A stretch of DNA of 64,000 nt from Eledone cirrhosa (taxonomy: Eukaryota): NCBI GenBank assembly GCA_964016885.1, contig OZ024742.1, forward strand, positions 181,598,001-181,662,000, written 5' to 3'. Each line of letters opens with the position of its first letter. Positions within the stretch are counted from its first letter, which is position 1. The notes below the pieces were generated by a model. The model was not told the origin of the DNA. It saw only the letters and a list, made by a program, of their open reading frames with translations, and did no database searches. The position numbers were made by a program, and so were the translations under genes. Positions 1 to 15,849 of the stretch are shown here, one piece after another.

Positions 1-1579
<1,579 letters not shown>

Positions 1580-2194
1580 TCTGTCCATTTAACTAAACAA
1601 ATTTTTTATTTTATTTTCAATTATTTTGGGATTGGCTATATATATATATAATTTTTTCCATTTGGTGGTATTAGTGGTGATGTTGGTTTTGGTGGTGCAA
1701 GGATCTTATATAAGCAAATGTTGAGCATAGTGATTCACAGTGTGTGTTGTTTGTTGTTATTAATATAATTTTTTCTATTTCTTTTCTGCTGGTATAATTA
1801 ATAATAAGTCTTTTAATTAATAATTTTCAAGTTAGGTGGTCTAGTTGCTCACAATCATAAGTTTGTGAGTTCTAATTCCCAGACTGGCTCTTTTCATATT
1901 GCTATAGACTGCAGGGACTTAGCCCTGTTAGGCGTTGGCATCATGCACACTCAGTTACGTAAACCCGATGAAACCAGTATAAGCTCTGATCTTCATCCAA
2001 CATGTACAAAACATGGAGAAACAGGCATAAAATTAAGTTTAATCAAGAGTCCTAAGTTTTCTTGGTAGTTAGTCACTAAAATATCCAACACTGCAGTGAA
2101 TTTAATCAAATTTCTTTTTCCCCCCAAATTGCTGACTTTGTGTCTTAATTAGAAACCACTATTTTTTTCTATTCCCATTTCAGATTAATATATA

Positions 2195-2242
<48 letters not shown>

Positions 2243-2374
2243 TATATATATATAGTAAATATCAGTGGATGTGAAAAAGGAAAACATCTTTTAGTTATTT
2301 CCCTTTGTTATAATATGTTTTCATAAAGAAGTGTTTAACATACTATATTTTTAACGGTATCTTCAAACTTGTCC

Positions 2375-2463
2375 AAGCGCCTGATAACTAGGTCACAAAT
2401 TTGATCGGTATTACAATCTAGGAAGATGGTCAAAATGGGTCTTTGAAACCTTAGGCAGCGCTT
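2375..2463 (+). ncRNA. Degenerate type-I hammerhead ribozyme in a microsatellite-flanked element (2253-2491)
   Basis: aagcgc-CTGATAA-[long stem II]-GAAA-cc tta gg-C-A-gcgctt. Stem I is a perfect 6 bp; G8>A and U16.1>C changes. Confidence 0.6.
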
Positions 2464-2492
2464 TTGTTCTGTGTATGAGCATAAATAGAATA

Positions 2493-2525
<33 letters not shown>

Positions 2526-2545
2526 TAAAATAAAGATATATATAC

Positions 2546-2587
<42 letters not shown>

Positions 2588-3925
2588 AAGATATATATAT
2601 ATTTATTTATATATATATATATTTATATATAAATGATATATTATTTTGTATTTCATTGAATGATGACAGGGAAATATGTTTTTGTTATTTTCTCAGTTTG
2701 TCCATATTGTGTTGAAATGTATAACACTGAAGAAATATCACCAACATCTGGGAGTTATGTGTACCTAACAGGTTTACCAAATAGGAAAGGAATGGTATTA
2801 TAATTTGGCAGAAGATAGTATGCGTAATTCTTTATAGCAAAATAGTGAACCATTTGATATCACCTGTCCCAATATGCTTGCTCGATGAAACAAAATTACT
2901 CATTTAATAAGAGATCCTATTTAAATTAAAACTTTCCAACAAATTTTTTTATAAGAACTTTTTATATTACAAATATTTTAATAATGAAACAATAATTTTA
3001 ATAAATGCTTTAAAATTCTTCATTAATTCATTGCAAAACTATATATTTCATTAGAAATATGGTAAAGAAATATTAAAGTATTTTTCTTCTGCTTCAATAA
3101 TTATAATTGTCAACTTAATAATTTAAAGTTTTAATGGTATTTATATTTTGCTCAGCTATCTTACTATCTCAGATGTAGTTTAACAAAGTTGTTCATTCCT
3201 AGCCAACATTTGTCTTTTCTGTAAACTATATCATTCTCAACCTGATATTTATCTATTCTGTTTGCTTTTCTTTCTTATATTTTCTATTGTAGGTTTCTTG
3301 AACTTTCAAAGAAAGCTAGTCTGTAGTTTCTTTTCTATGGATTCTCACATTAGAATGTCTTTTTTTTTATACTAAACTAGAAATATATACACACTAAGTT
3401 ATAAACACTTAAAAGATAAGATATCACTTTAGTTAAGGTGGTCGACATTACTTTTAGAGATTCTCAGTAATTATTAGTTTTTTTCAATAAGCTCTTCAGT
3501 AATATTATAGTTTTCTTATGTATGTATGTATGTATGTATATATATATATATATAGATATGTATGTGTGTCAATATATACATATATATATGTGTGTGTATA
3601 GTGAATGCAATTTATCTATAATTCTGTGTAGTTGTTTTCCCCCAGATATCTAATTGTTGACATGTCTCTGTATTAAGAGGGAAATGTAGACACAGTAGAT
3701 AGAATATAAACACAAAGATACTCACCAGAAGAGTGAAAAGTGCAAACTGACTGTCCTGTATATGTTTTTCCCCCATCTGTTTAAATATCATCTATCTATG
3801 TCAATGTTTATACTTTATGTACAAGATTTATCCTTTGAGTCATTTTAGCTTGATATTTGTTATCTTTTAACCCTTCTACTGTTTTTTACTTATGTTGCTA
3901 TCTTTAAAGATTACTATTTTATATC

Positions 3926-4181
3926 AATCCTTCTATTAGCATATTTCTAATAAAAATTACACTGCCTATAATTTTCAAATAATTTTGAAAATAATCAAAA
4001 TTTAGAGTGATTTAGTAATAATATAAATTTCTTTTTATTAAGCTGGTGTTTGGATCATGACAAAAATGTTTGCATAAAATTATGATGGAAGGCTTTTAGA
4101 TAAATATATACATTTTAGCATGAGCAATTTTGTGTCTTAGAACCAGTGGCACTTTCAGATGGTTTGGTATTAAAACGGTTA
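3926..4181. mobile_element. AT-rich MITE-like repeat with (T)AACCCTT...AAGGGTTAA-type ends (piggyBac-like)
   Basis: Related copies at about 4680-5068, 7350-7577 and 7738-7979 share internal blocks (cactgcctataattttcaaat, ttattaagctggtgtttgg, aaaattatgatggaa) and degenerate TTAA-bounded ends. Confidence 0.5.
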
Positions 4182-5366
4182 AAAATTAATTCCTTTTTCT
4201 CTGTAGACTGGCTATTTTCTTTCAAAATCCAAATTTCTAAAATTGTTGGTCATGATCTTAGAATTTTATGGAATTTATTTCAAGTTATTTTCAAACATTA
4301 TGTTCATAAGATGTATATATTAATAACCATATATTCAACAATGATATCTCTCACTTATGTAGTGTGTTTACATTTTCTTAATATCTTAGTGGTAATATCT
4401 ATAACTGATATTTTGTAAAACAAACAGTTTTGTATTATAGAACCATGAGTGGTATCACTATGATTTCTCAGATTATTTAACATGGCATGGAAAAATCACA
4501 CCAAGTCAGATGAGTGATGATATCCTTGTTTTTGATAAGTGAGTACTTTAATGAAATAAGATTAAAAAACAACCTTGTTGTAATATATTCATACACAAGT
4601 ATTGTCCTAGAAAATAAAAATCAACAGGCATACCATTATGATTGTCTTCTGAATCATATTTATCATTTACTATATTCAAGTAACCCTTTCATTACCATAT
4701 TTCTAATGATATTGCGTATGATATTGAAATAATTTTGAAAATAATAAGAATTTGGAATGATTTAGTAATCATTTAGTAAAAATTGGTGTTTGGGACAAAA
4801 CTTAATAAAGGTTCTAACATAAAATTATGTGTATCTTGTTTAGAATAAGCACACCATATCCCAGCGTGTTGTAAGAAGCGACTGAAAGGGTTAGTGTCAG
4901 GAAGGGAATCTGCCGGTAAAACATTGCCTCACAAAGTCCCGTCCAACCCATGTCAACATGGAAATGTTGATGCAAAATTAATGGTGGTAATGATGATACT
5001 TTAAAATCGACAGTTTTGTATAATAGAACAAGAGTTGGTTTTCAAGCAGTTTGATCTCAAAAGGTTTAAAGCCGACATCGCTATCTTCTACCATTTTTCT
5101 TCTATTAAGTTCATATTCTAAAAGTTTAAATATTTAAGAATTTAATTTTGATTATAAATGAAAATTATTTTCTTTGGAAGGTAAAACTGTTGGCGTCCTT
5201 TTCTTCTTGTAATGATTTCACATATTCTCTACTATTTCGTTCCTCAACCTATACAATTGACATTCCAATACTGTAGTATGTATGTTTGTATATATATATA
5301 TATATATATAAACAAATTTATCTCGAATATTGAGTTTGAAATGTGAGTGTATTAGAATTCATAGAA

Positions 5367-5559
5367 TAATTGGAAGCACTCAGTGCAAAGAAACTGTTAA
5401 AACAGAAAAATGCCTTCAATGATGCCATCAGATAAAATTTACCTCAAAGGGATAGAAATCAGCTACTTATTTCTATCCTTTGAGGAAAATTTGACCTGCT
5501 GCTGCCATTGACGGCATTTTGCTGTTTTAACAGTTTCCTTGTACTGAGTTCTTCCAATT

Positions 5560-5560
<1 letters not shown>
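5367..5560. repeat. ~190 bp fold-back (palindromic) MITE-like element
   Basis: taattggaagcactcagtgcaa...gatagaaat / atttctatcc...gtactgagttcttccaatta; the arms are complementary over about 90 bp. Confidence 0.85.
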
Positions 5561-5607
<47 letters not shown>

Positions 5608-6412
5608 ATATTCTTCCCCTAACTACACTAATGCTCTATCCTTACAGCTATTTGGTGTAATTTTGGTTTCACGGTGACAACTTAAGGACTGTTTCCATAG
5701 ATATAGAATCTATTTGGGATTTTTCAAGATATGAAGGAGAAAATTCTTTTGTTTGGTTTGGGATTTTGCCTAGTTAGAATTTTCTGCCTGTTAATCTCTC
5801 TTTCATTTTTTTTATTAAAGCTTTTGTTGATTCTAGAGGTTCATCAGGCTAGAGTATATTCTAGTTTCATGTTACATTCAGTGACTGAAAATACAAAACT
5901 CCTACTTAGGCAGAGCACCAGGCTGTCACAAGGCTTAATCCCAACTGCTGCTGGTGCTCATTTATTGTCAGCTGAGTGAAATGAAGTACTTTGCTCAAGA
6001 ATACAACACGCCACTCAATTGGGAAAATGAACCTCCATGATTGTCAGTCTCTTAACCTATAGGCCTTAATAATCTCTTTTGATAGGTTCTTAATTGTTAT
6101 AAGAATAAAGACAGTGTTCCTTAACTGTTATGGCAATGAGGGTAGTCTTTGATATTATAGCAATGAGGACATTGTTTATTAATTATTATAGGAATGAAAG
6201 CAGTGCTTCTTAATTAGTATTAATAAGGACATTTAATTAGTTTAGTTTGTCACTAGTTTCAACAGTTACAACTTACTGCATTGGGTCTACCATATGAAAA
6301 AATAACCCATTGGAATATTTATTTATGAAGAATTAAAATGTAACTTTATTTGTAATTAGCAGCATACTTAGTACACAGCATAGAACAATATATTATTATT
6401 ATCATTATGTCA

Positions 6413-6640
6413 TTGGGTTGATATAATTGTCAGAGCATTGGACAAATTGCTTTGCAGTATTTAATTACTACTCTTTGTTTTGAGTTCAAATCCCACCGAT
6501 CTCCACTCTGCCTTTCATCCTTCCAAAGTAAAAAATAAAAATAATAATATACCAGTCAAGCACTGGAGTGAACATAATTGACTGTTCCCACTCCCCTTAA
6601 AATTGCTGGCCTTGTGCCTAAATTAGAACCCATTATTATT
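6413..6640 (+). mobile_element. SINE family 2, old copy
   Basis: tgagttcaaatccc (B-box), gcctttcatcctt, gctggccttgtgcctaaa and an (ATT)n tail. Confidence 0.7.
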
Positions 6641-7737
6641 TTTATCATTCATACAACCTCTTCGTTTTATTTTTTATTTTATTTTCTTGTGCAGAAGTAG
6701 GTAAATGTTAGCAAATATATATAAAGGAATGAAGTTGATTAATATTTTCTAATTTTGAAAAGATTTTTTTTTTAATGGATAATTTGATGTTACACAACAT
6801 TTTATGGAGGAATTTATTTTTAAAACAACCAAAATCTGCAAACATTGGTTAAACAAAGAAATACCGAAGTGTGCTCATGGGAAGAATTGGATATTTCCTT
6901 GTAATTTTATAAAGGCATATATATATATATATATGTGTGTGTGTGAGTGAGAGTGACATAGATATAAAAATATATAATGTTTGTGTGTTTGTTATTTGAT
7001 ATCTCCCTGCATTACAATTGGTTTCATAGATATACATACATATAAATATTCGAAACCAGTGGTTATGCACGGATAAGTCAAACTTTTAATACATATATTT
7101 AACATCCACATCATATGTTATTTGCTCTTTTTATTAATTTCTATCCACATCTGAATATATATATATATATATATATATAATGGTGTACTTTAAATGTAGG
7201 TTTTTGCTCAGTTGATCATTAAAGTAGATATAGAACAAGTAAAGATTTATAGTTAAAAAGTCAAAAGAGTGGAATATCAGACCTTCATACATTGCTTCCC
7301 ACCAGTATTTACAATTTGTTGGAAATTTTGGTTTATTTTTTTATCTACTTCTAACTCTTTCCTTACCATATTTCTAATGGTTTTCAAATCACTCTCTCAT
7401 TATTAAGCTGGTTTTTGGAGCATAACTTAACAAAGGTTTTTACATAAAATTACAATGGACGAGCTTACATAAAATTATGATGGAAGTGATTTAGATAACT
7501 ATAAATACTTTAAAATAAACAACTTGGTATCATAAAACCAGGGATGGTTTCAGGCAGTTTGATAACAAAAGGGTTAATGAAGAACTTAAATGTTTACTGT
7601 GATAAAATATTTCTTCTTGCTAGTTAACCTGATTGACCTCTTTTACAACAAGTCTCAGCAATCCTTTCTCAAAAAGTACTTCTTGATCCCATCTTCTTTT
7701 AACCTTATTATGTATATATTTATATATAAAACCCTTA

Positions 7738-7979
7738 TTAACCCTTTCGTTATCATATTTTTAAAGAAAGACACTGCCTATAATTTTCAAATCATTTTGG
7801 AAATAATCAAGATTTTTAGAAATTTAGTAATATCACAATTTCTCATTATTAAGCTGTACTTGGAGCATGGTTTAATGAAGATTTTACTTAAAATTATGAT
7901 GGAAATTTTAAGATAAATATAAAGTTTTGTATCATAGAACCAGGAGCAGTTTCAAGCAGTTTGGTATCAAAAGATTTAA
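7738..7979. mobile_element. MITE-like repeat, same family as 3926-4181
   Basis: ttaaccctttcgttatc ... gtatcaaaagatttaa, with the shared internal blocks. Confidence 0.55.
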
Positions 7980-8319
7980 TCATCATCTACTTTGCAACAT
8001 TTAACATTGGTTGGTAGCAAATAACAATCCTACTTGACTCTTGGACCAACTAATTTTTTAATTAGATAGAACCCATCACTTCTGATTCCTGCTTTTTTTT
8101 TTTTTCAATCCTTTCCCCAGTGTTTGGTAAATTGTTGGGGTTATTCACTAAAAAGAACAAAATATCCAGATTTAATTATATGTAAATAAAAATCTTCCCC
8201 ACCATTTATTTCCCTCCCCACCCTCTCTCTCTCCACTGATTTAAAGAAACCAAACGCTGAAAAGGGCATATTTACCACTGGCTTGTGTCTAATATTCTAA
8301 CATGAATGTTCATCTAGAT

Positions 8320-8828
8320 CAGGGCTTCTCAAACATTTTATTTAATAGACTCCTTGTAACAAAATTTAATCTCTGTTTACCTCTCAAACAAATTAATCAA
8401 ATACAAAATTCCAAAACAACTAATGTACCAGTGTTTGATATAACTTAGATGAGAGAAGAATCAATCAACCATAAATGCAAACACACCTTTAATACCTAAA
8501 TTATTTTTTAATAGGAGAATGGGATCTTTTTCATTAGAGTCAGATCACTCATTCATTTAAGTGATCTGTTCGTGAACAACATATCACTAGTGGCCATCAC
8601 ACCCAATCAGACATTCTGCTAGGTATGTGATATCTTGCAGCTAGTCAATATGTTCTAGTAAAAGATCGGGTATTCTACTAGTTGTACAATATCTGACAAG
8701 CTAGTCTACATAATCCAGTGATTTTTTTTTTTGTTCTGTTTTAAATGGATTAATAAATACACATTTTGTGGACTCCTGAGTTTTTGTTTGCCCCTAGGGG
8801 TCTATATGGACCACATTGAGAAGTCCTG
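8320..8828. mobile_element. Non-autonomous hAT (Charlie-like) element
   Basis: TIRs cagggcttctcaa / ttgagaagtcctg. The left flank atctagat matches the NTCTAGAN target of Charlie-type hATs; the right TSD is decayed. Confidence 0.6.
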
Positions 8829-9248
8829 ATCAACAAAATATTTCAATACCTTTGAAACATTTTGTTAAATTTAACAAAAAATTGGAAACAAGATAATAAG
8901 TATTTTTGAGATCCTCATTTTATATAATATTCTTAAATTTTCTTTTACTATTTTTCTCCCAACAAAGGTAAATAAACAAAAATGGAATCACAAAGAAAAT
9001 ATAGCAAGATGTTTCTCTCTGGAAATATTCTGCTATTGAACAAATGTTACAATGTAGTTATGAAATGATATCAAGGAATTCTTTCGTACTGCTATTTTTC
9101 TTTTAGCAAAGGAAAAGAAGAAAAGAAATTGTATTTTTCCTATCATACACACTTACACTCTCTCACACACACATGCACACATAAACTACTATATATACAT
9201 TGTCTCCCTCCCTCTCTCTCTTTCTTACCCACTTCTCGTCTATTTCTC

Positions 9249-9327
<79 letters not shown>

Positions 9328-9573
9328 CATATATATATCAAACACATACACACACATACACATATTTATAAATATACAATTTTGATGAGTGGAACAAAAC
9401 TTCTGCACATTCAGTATTTTTTAATGCAAATCACTTGGATAAAAAAAAAAAAAAAAAAACTTGAATCATTCCAAAGGACTGAATATCCATGTATTCATAA
9501 CCCCAACACCCTTCTACACATCACTCAGGCTATTACAGACTTAAATTGAGTGTAAATAACTATACATTTATGC

Positions 9574-9607
<34 letters not shown>

Positions 9608-9810
9608 ATGTATGTATATATATATATATATATATATTGGTAAATCTATCTAACAAAAAAAAAAAATTAAAATATACATTTTTTTAGTACTGAAAAGTTA
9701 TTTTTGTACAATTTTGTATTCTTAGCAGAGTGTAACTCATTGAATGTCTGGTTTAATGGTTGTATGATGGGTTAGACATGACTTAGAACAATATATATAG
9801 TCTTCTATCA

Positions 9811-10033
9811 CTCACTTCTTCTCACTTCTTCTTCTTCTTCTCACTTCTTCTTCTTCTCCTCCTCACTTCTCCTTCTCACTTCTTCTTCTTCTTCTTCTTC
9901 TTCTCACTTCTTCTTCTCACTTCTTCTTCTTCTCACTTCTTCTTCTCACTTCTTCTTCTCCTTCTCACTTCTTCTTCTCCTCCTCACTTCTCCTTCTCAC
10001 TTCTTCTTCTCCTCACTTCTTTTTCTTCTTCTT
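9811..10033. repeat. Polypyrimidine (CTT)n/CTCACTT compound repeat
   Basis: Seen directly. Confidence 0.95.
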
Positions 10034-10330
10034 TCCAAAGACTGCTGTGGTTTGTTTCTGTTGTTTTTTAAACCGTTTTCTTTTAATTTTTACCTGCTTG
10101 CTTTGATGTGTTCTCCCCCACCACTCCTGGCCGCCTCGCGCACAAATTTATTCAGCTCATAAATACCTCTTAAACTAAATTATTTATATAAAACACAACA
10201 TCCATACGACACCTTATGTAAACCTCACTGTTTTGAATTTCTTGGTTTCTCCTCTACTTTCTACAATCTTTTAGGGTTGTTTGTGTTTTTGTTTTTCTGA
10301 TAAAATATGTTGAAGATTCTTTATTGATTG

Positions 10331-10387
<57 letters not shown>

Positions 10388-11150
10388 ATAATTATTTAAT
10401 TGCTGTATTTTTCGGGTTATAATGTACACTGTTATTATGCAGTAAAACATTTGTGGAAAGAGTTATAGTAGTATACAAAAGATTTTTATTAACCCTTACT
10501 GTCCTGTACCACATGAAAATACACTAGCATGACACTCTTGAAAAGTACAAAACAGCATTATAGCTGCATGATATTAAGAGTTAAAATATTTGCTCCAATA
10601 CAGCAAATTTCACAACAATCTGTTCACCAGTAAATAAAATGTTTTAAGATATTTTCATTTTCTACTAAATCATTAGATGATATTAAGAGTTAAATATAAT
10701 TCCAACTGGATATTTAAAAAACTGCATTGTTCTAGGTACGAAAGAGCTCAAATGTTCTTTTATCACTTGTTGAACAACAATTATCATACATTTACAAATA
10801 CTTTCACCCATGTCTATTAGGGAGTAATATAAATAATTATAGAAAATTATCAATACTGGTATTAATAAGGTATTTAAATAAACAAAACTATGCATACCTA
10901 TTTAAATGTACAGCTATAATTGTATATGGCTTGCATAGAAGTATATTATTATCATTATTCTTGAACAAAATGCCATGCGGTATTAATTTTGACTCCCTAT
11001 ATTTTAAGTTCAAGCCAACTTTGCCTTTATTTCTTCCAGATTGATAAAATAAAGTAGCAGTCTAGAACTGAAGTTAATTTAATCAACTTTTTCTTTTATA
11101 CAAATTGCAGGACCTTGTGCCTAAATTAGGAACCATTATTATTATTGTAT

Positions 11151-11345
11151 GGCGGTGGATTGGCAGTATTGGTAGAGAGTCGGACGCCATGCTTTCCAGC
11201 ATAGTTACATCCCTTTACGATCTGAGTTCAATCCCGCCGAGGTTGACTTTGCCTTTCATCCTTACGGGGTCGATAAAATAAAGTACCAGTAATGCACTGG
11301 GTAATTGCTGACCTTGTGCCTAAAGTAGAAACAATTATTATTATT
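11151..11345 (+). mobile_element. tRNA-derived SINE family 2
   Basis: ggcggtggattggcagtattggtagag (A-box-like), gagttcaatccc (B-box), gcctttcatccttacggggtcgataaaataaagtaccag body and (ATT)n tail; at least 8 copies in the window. Confidence 0.85.
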
Positions 11346-12042
11346 GTATTCATACCATGTGTTTACAGGAAAATATTGACATTAAATTTGGGGGGCAAAA
11401 TGGTATCTTATACACCGAAAAATACAGTTATCTCAATTGTTCTTAAGTTTCTTATTTTTTGTTTTTGTATTTTCTTTTAGATTTTATGTTGAATTTTTTT
11501 TCTGTTTCTTTCACACATTAAAACAAAATTATCATAAAGAAAGAAAGAAAGAAACTGAACTAAAAATCAGCTGAAATTTTGATTAACAAAACATGGGCTG
11601 TAAACTCTGAATGGTTCCTTTATGACATCCTCGTACATAAACATAAACAGACATATATGAACACAAACACACACACATATATATGTAGCTCCTGCCATCG
11701 CCAATATAGGCCTGTATAATCTGGCCTATGGATTATTGTATGCAAGTTGTCTGAAGTTAAGAAGAAAGGTAAAAAAAAAACAACTAAAACCCCCTCCCTC
11801 CACATATATATAAATATATATACACACAAAACCACTTAAGTATGAAGAAGATAGCCTCAAAATTTGATGGTATCTCTCTGACTACATTGAGTAGTTTGAA
11901 ATCTATAGATTAAATATTTTGTTACCAGCCTGTGATCAGTTATCACCGGAACATGATTATGTTGCCTACTTCAAGTTGTTCATGGCTTTGTTATGAATAA
12001 ACTTTTGTACCTTTTCTACTGTGTTGATGTTCATTATTACTA

Positions 12043-12410
12043 TTGGCAGTATTGGTAGAGCGTCAGACACCATGCTTTGCAGCATAGTTATGGCCCTTTA
12101 CATTCTAAGTTCAAAAGCCGCCGAGATTAGCTTTGCCTTTCATCCTTACAGGGTTGATAAAATAAAGCACCAGTAATGTACTGGTATTGATTTAATCGAC
12201 TTTCAAATTGCTGGCCTTGTGCCTAAAGTAGAAACAATTATTACTATCGTTGCAGTGGATTGGCAGTATCAGTAGAGCATCGGACATGCTTTGTGGTATA
12301 GAGTTACGGCCCTTTACATTCTGAATTGAAATCCTACAGATTTAAAGTAACTGTAATATACTGGGTTTGATTTAATCAACTTTCCTTTCCCCTAAAATTG
12401 TTGGCCATTA
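12043..12410 (+). mobile_element. Two tandem SINE family 2 copies
   Basis: Same head and body motifs at 12043 and about 12250. Confidence 0.75.
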
Positions 12411-12429
12411 TTGTTACTTCTGTTGCAGT

Positions 12430-12900
12430 TGTTGGGAACGAGATATGAGTGATGAACATTGAGCAGCAGAAAAAACTAAAAAGATTGGAAGGGAAAGGTG
12501 TATGTTGCATGGATGAGAAGTGCCATAAATTATGGGATGGAAACATGGAAGAAGAATGTGGAGCTGCAGAGAAGATTGGAAAGAAGAGAAATTAAAATGC
12601 ACTATTGGATGAATGGTGTATTGCTGAGAGAAAAGAAGACAATAAATTGCAGAGGAAGTTAAGAATTGAACCAGTGGTGAATGTTGCAATGAGAAATGGA
12701 ATGAGTGGCTGGGTGGGTGGGTCATGAGTTCAGGAAGAACAAAAATGACTGGATGAGAGGAGTGATGGAAACAAATGTGGAAGGAAAGACCATAATAGAC
12801 ATGGTTAAAGATTATGGAGAAAGAAGTGAAAGCTTGGGTCAGTTGATGAGAGACAATAGAGTCAAATGGGGAAGCTTATCATGAGGCCTGCAAAGTTAAT
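12430..12900 (+). pseudogene. Old RTE-clade LINE 3' coding remnant
   Basis: Translates in pieces to ...MRSAINYGMETW...RRLERREIKMHYWM, like the RTE C-terminal region of the other copies. Confidence 0.5.
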
Positions 12901-14572
12901 ATCTGCTGAAGCAACAAAAATTGTCTTAAAACACTTGTATTTTGTTTATCCTTGATTGAGCAGACCTAAATGATCATAAATAATTTTAACATGACTATCC
13001 AGTCCAATTGTAAGACATAGTATAACAGCATGGACGAAGGGTTAAGAGGTTTGCTTTACAAACATAAGGTCCCAGTTTGATCTCAGTGTGGCATCTTAGG
13101 TAAGTGTTATTTACCATAGCCTTTTGAGTAAAACAGGGTAAATGAAAGTGTTTGGAAGTCCATCAGATAGACTGTACCTGCAATTCAAATGGCCATCATA
13201 GTCATACACTGTCTCATGTTGAATCTCTCTGGGAATTACAGTACATGTGGATTACACAGCCATTTGGTTGTAAAATTTCACAAGCAGGCTGTTCAATTGA
13301 TCAAACAAGTGGAACATCTATTATCAAAACTGCCAACAGTTCAGTCAATTCCATGTCAGAATTTCAGAGTGTGTAGTGTTGTTTTATTCATGTATTTTGT
13401 TTTAGCTGCAAGTATATAGCTGTTTGGAGAAAAGTTTAGAAGGTTCTATGCAATTGCTTGGGATATTTTGAAAGTGGTTGGTAGGGTATTGGAATCTTAA
13501 CATTTTCTCAAATTAATAAGATAAGATTCAAAGCATTTGAGTTCCTTAGTTTATTTCTGGGGGGGTGTTGGGGTGGTATTTCCACTTTTTTAAATCCATA
13601 CTTACCTGCAGGTGTTCTGTTAATCCGTTTCTAGCAGAAATCATATGCACCTGATTTGTTGTTTTTCTTTTTATAAGTCAAATTGTATAGAATTTCATAG
13701 GTAGTATTTGTATGTACTTGAAGAAGTAAAGGAAAATATGACCTACAATTTAGTTGGAATGGTGTCCTATGGTATACATGAAATCAAGAATATTCCAACA
13801 ACTCTGATATTTAATCTCTTGCAGATGGATAAAATAACATGTTCTTTATTTTTGTTATTCTTTACTGGTTTCCGTCATTAAACTACAGCCATGCTGGGGC
13901 ACCAACTACAAAGAATTTAGTCGCTTTAACCCTTTAGCATTTACATTACTCTACATTTACTATTGTATTTTCATGGTAAACAATTGATTTCACATAACTA
14001 TCTCACATAATATCGAAACTAAGAGATTTTGATGCTATTTATTTTGAGAACAATACCTTAACATTAGTATGAGTGGCTGATTATGGCTGGTTTTAACAAA
14101 AAGAGATGAAACTATACTGGTCGGATATGGCTGGTTTAAATGCTAAAGTATAGAAGTTAATTTATTGCGCTCTATTTGTCAAATGGGAAAGTAACTGTAA
14201 AAACAGACACTGACACACACAAACGCACATATATATAAAAACTGGTTGAATTAAGAAGCACTGACGGAATTTGAAATATGTGTAATCACGATAAATAATA
14301 GTTGAGAAAAGTGGTAAAATATTCCTGAAGACAGACAAAAATGGAGAGAGATGCCTGTGAGGAATCAAACCCTTCATCACTCAGATGCCAGGCAAGTGCA
14401 GTATTATAGTTATTTGTGTTGGCAGGAATACATTTCAAATTTCATATTTTCCTAATGCTTCTTAAGTCAACCTGTTGTTCACACTTCTAGCTACAGGCTT
14501 AAAATCTTATAAAAGATAGCAATCAGTGGCCAGAAACTCTTTAGCAAAAGGGCTAATTTCTTGCCTTCTATG

Positions 14573-14614
<42 letters not shown>

Positions 14615-14617
14615 TAT

Positions 14618-15508
14618 ATCATCATCATCATCATTTTACATCCGCTCTTCCCTGCTCGCAAGGGTGGGATGGGTCTTATTCAGCACATCATCTCTCCACT
14701 TGTCACCTCCACCGTGAGCTTCAACGATCTGAGGTCTGTTCTCACCACCTCCGCCCATGTTTTTCGTGGTCTACCTCTAACATGTCTTCCTTCAACTGGC
14801 ATTTCCTGGCACTTCTTCACCCATCGGTCATCCTCCATGCGTATCACATGTCCATACCACCTCAGTACCCTCTCACGTACACTACATTCTATCCCTCTCA
14901 GACACAGTTTCTCTCTCAACACATTCATGCTGGGTCGTTCACGCACATTTACACTGCACATCCAATGGAGGATGCTTGCCTCATTTCTCTCCAGCCGTCG
15001 CATATCCTCTGCAGTTGCTGCCCATGTCTCACTACCATGCAGCATCGCGCTCCTCACACAAGCATCATACAACCGGCCTTTCGTACGCAGGGAGAAACCC
15101 TTCTTTGTCAGCAGAGGAAGCAGCTCCCTAGACTTCTTCCAACTCGTCCTTATTCTAGATACTATGGCCTCGGAACACCCTCCTCCCATGCTAATCTGAC
15201 CTCCTAGGTACCGGAAGCTATCCACCACTTCTATAGCACCCTCCTGCATTTGAAAAATGTGTCTATCAATGCGACTTCTACTGTCTAATTTCCCTGTACA
15301 TCTACTGCATACGTATTTCTCCCTACCTGTTAGTTTGCCTGCTATCCCGCTACATCTCTTGTGTACCCAGGATCTGCATTGTGTGCATTTTATAGAATTT
15401 ATGCCAGTTCCTTTTCTGCATATCGAACATGGCCATTTCACTGACGGAATCAGAGTTTTGTCCTCTTTTCTACTCATCAACACTTTTGTCTTAGCTAGGT
15501 TCACTCTC
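14618..15508 (-). mobile_element. RTE LINE family B, 5'-truncated, inserted in (TA)n
   Basis: ORF 14680-15537: VNLAKTK, CSIC...CTQC..WVHKRC...CSRC, FRYLG, MLHGSETW, LRWYGHV; (GAT)n tail at 14618-14633. Confidence 0.9.
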
Positions 15509-15849
15509 ATATATATATATATATGTATGTGTTGCAAATCTGATCAAATACCAATCAGGTGAACACACAAGCCAAATTGATTTCTTACTTGTGAGATGAG
15601 ATAAACAGACTGCAATAAATACTAAAACGTTCCCTGGGGAAGAAAGTGTCACCCAACACAAGTTAGTTATTACTAACATCAGAATAAAAACAAGACAGAA
15701 CAAGATACACAGGAAATATGAAGATAGAGAATTTGGAAGCTAAATATAGTTTTAACCTATGCTAACGGGGAAAATGGATGTTAAACAATGATGATGATGA
15801 TGATGAAAGGCCCTACAGCATTCATTTGATGAGATTTGCGGCTGGAGTA

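Noticed and set aside
2697-2803. Possible plus-strand exon (CPYCVEMYNTEEISPTSGSYVYLTG)
   Set aside because: It has an acceptor-like site and a short open frame, but no recognisable homology and no partner exons.
7005-7070. Inverted GAAAC..GT words suggesting hammerhead halves (also 3727-3760, 40195-40210)
   Set aside because: There is no matching CUGANGA core with a stem I, so they are too degenerate to call.
13598-13614. ATACTTACCTG resembling the U1 snRNA 5' end
   Set aside because: The similarity stops after about 15 nt; it is better read as a minus-strand splice donor.
14561-15207. Antisense ORFs over RTE and Penelope coding regions
   Set aside because: They are shadows of the opposite-strand retroelement ORFs.
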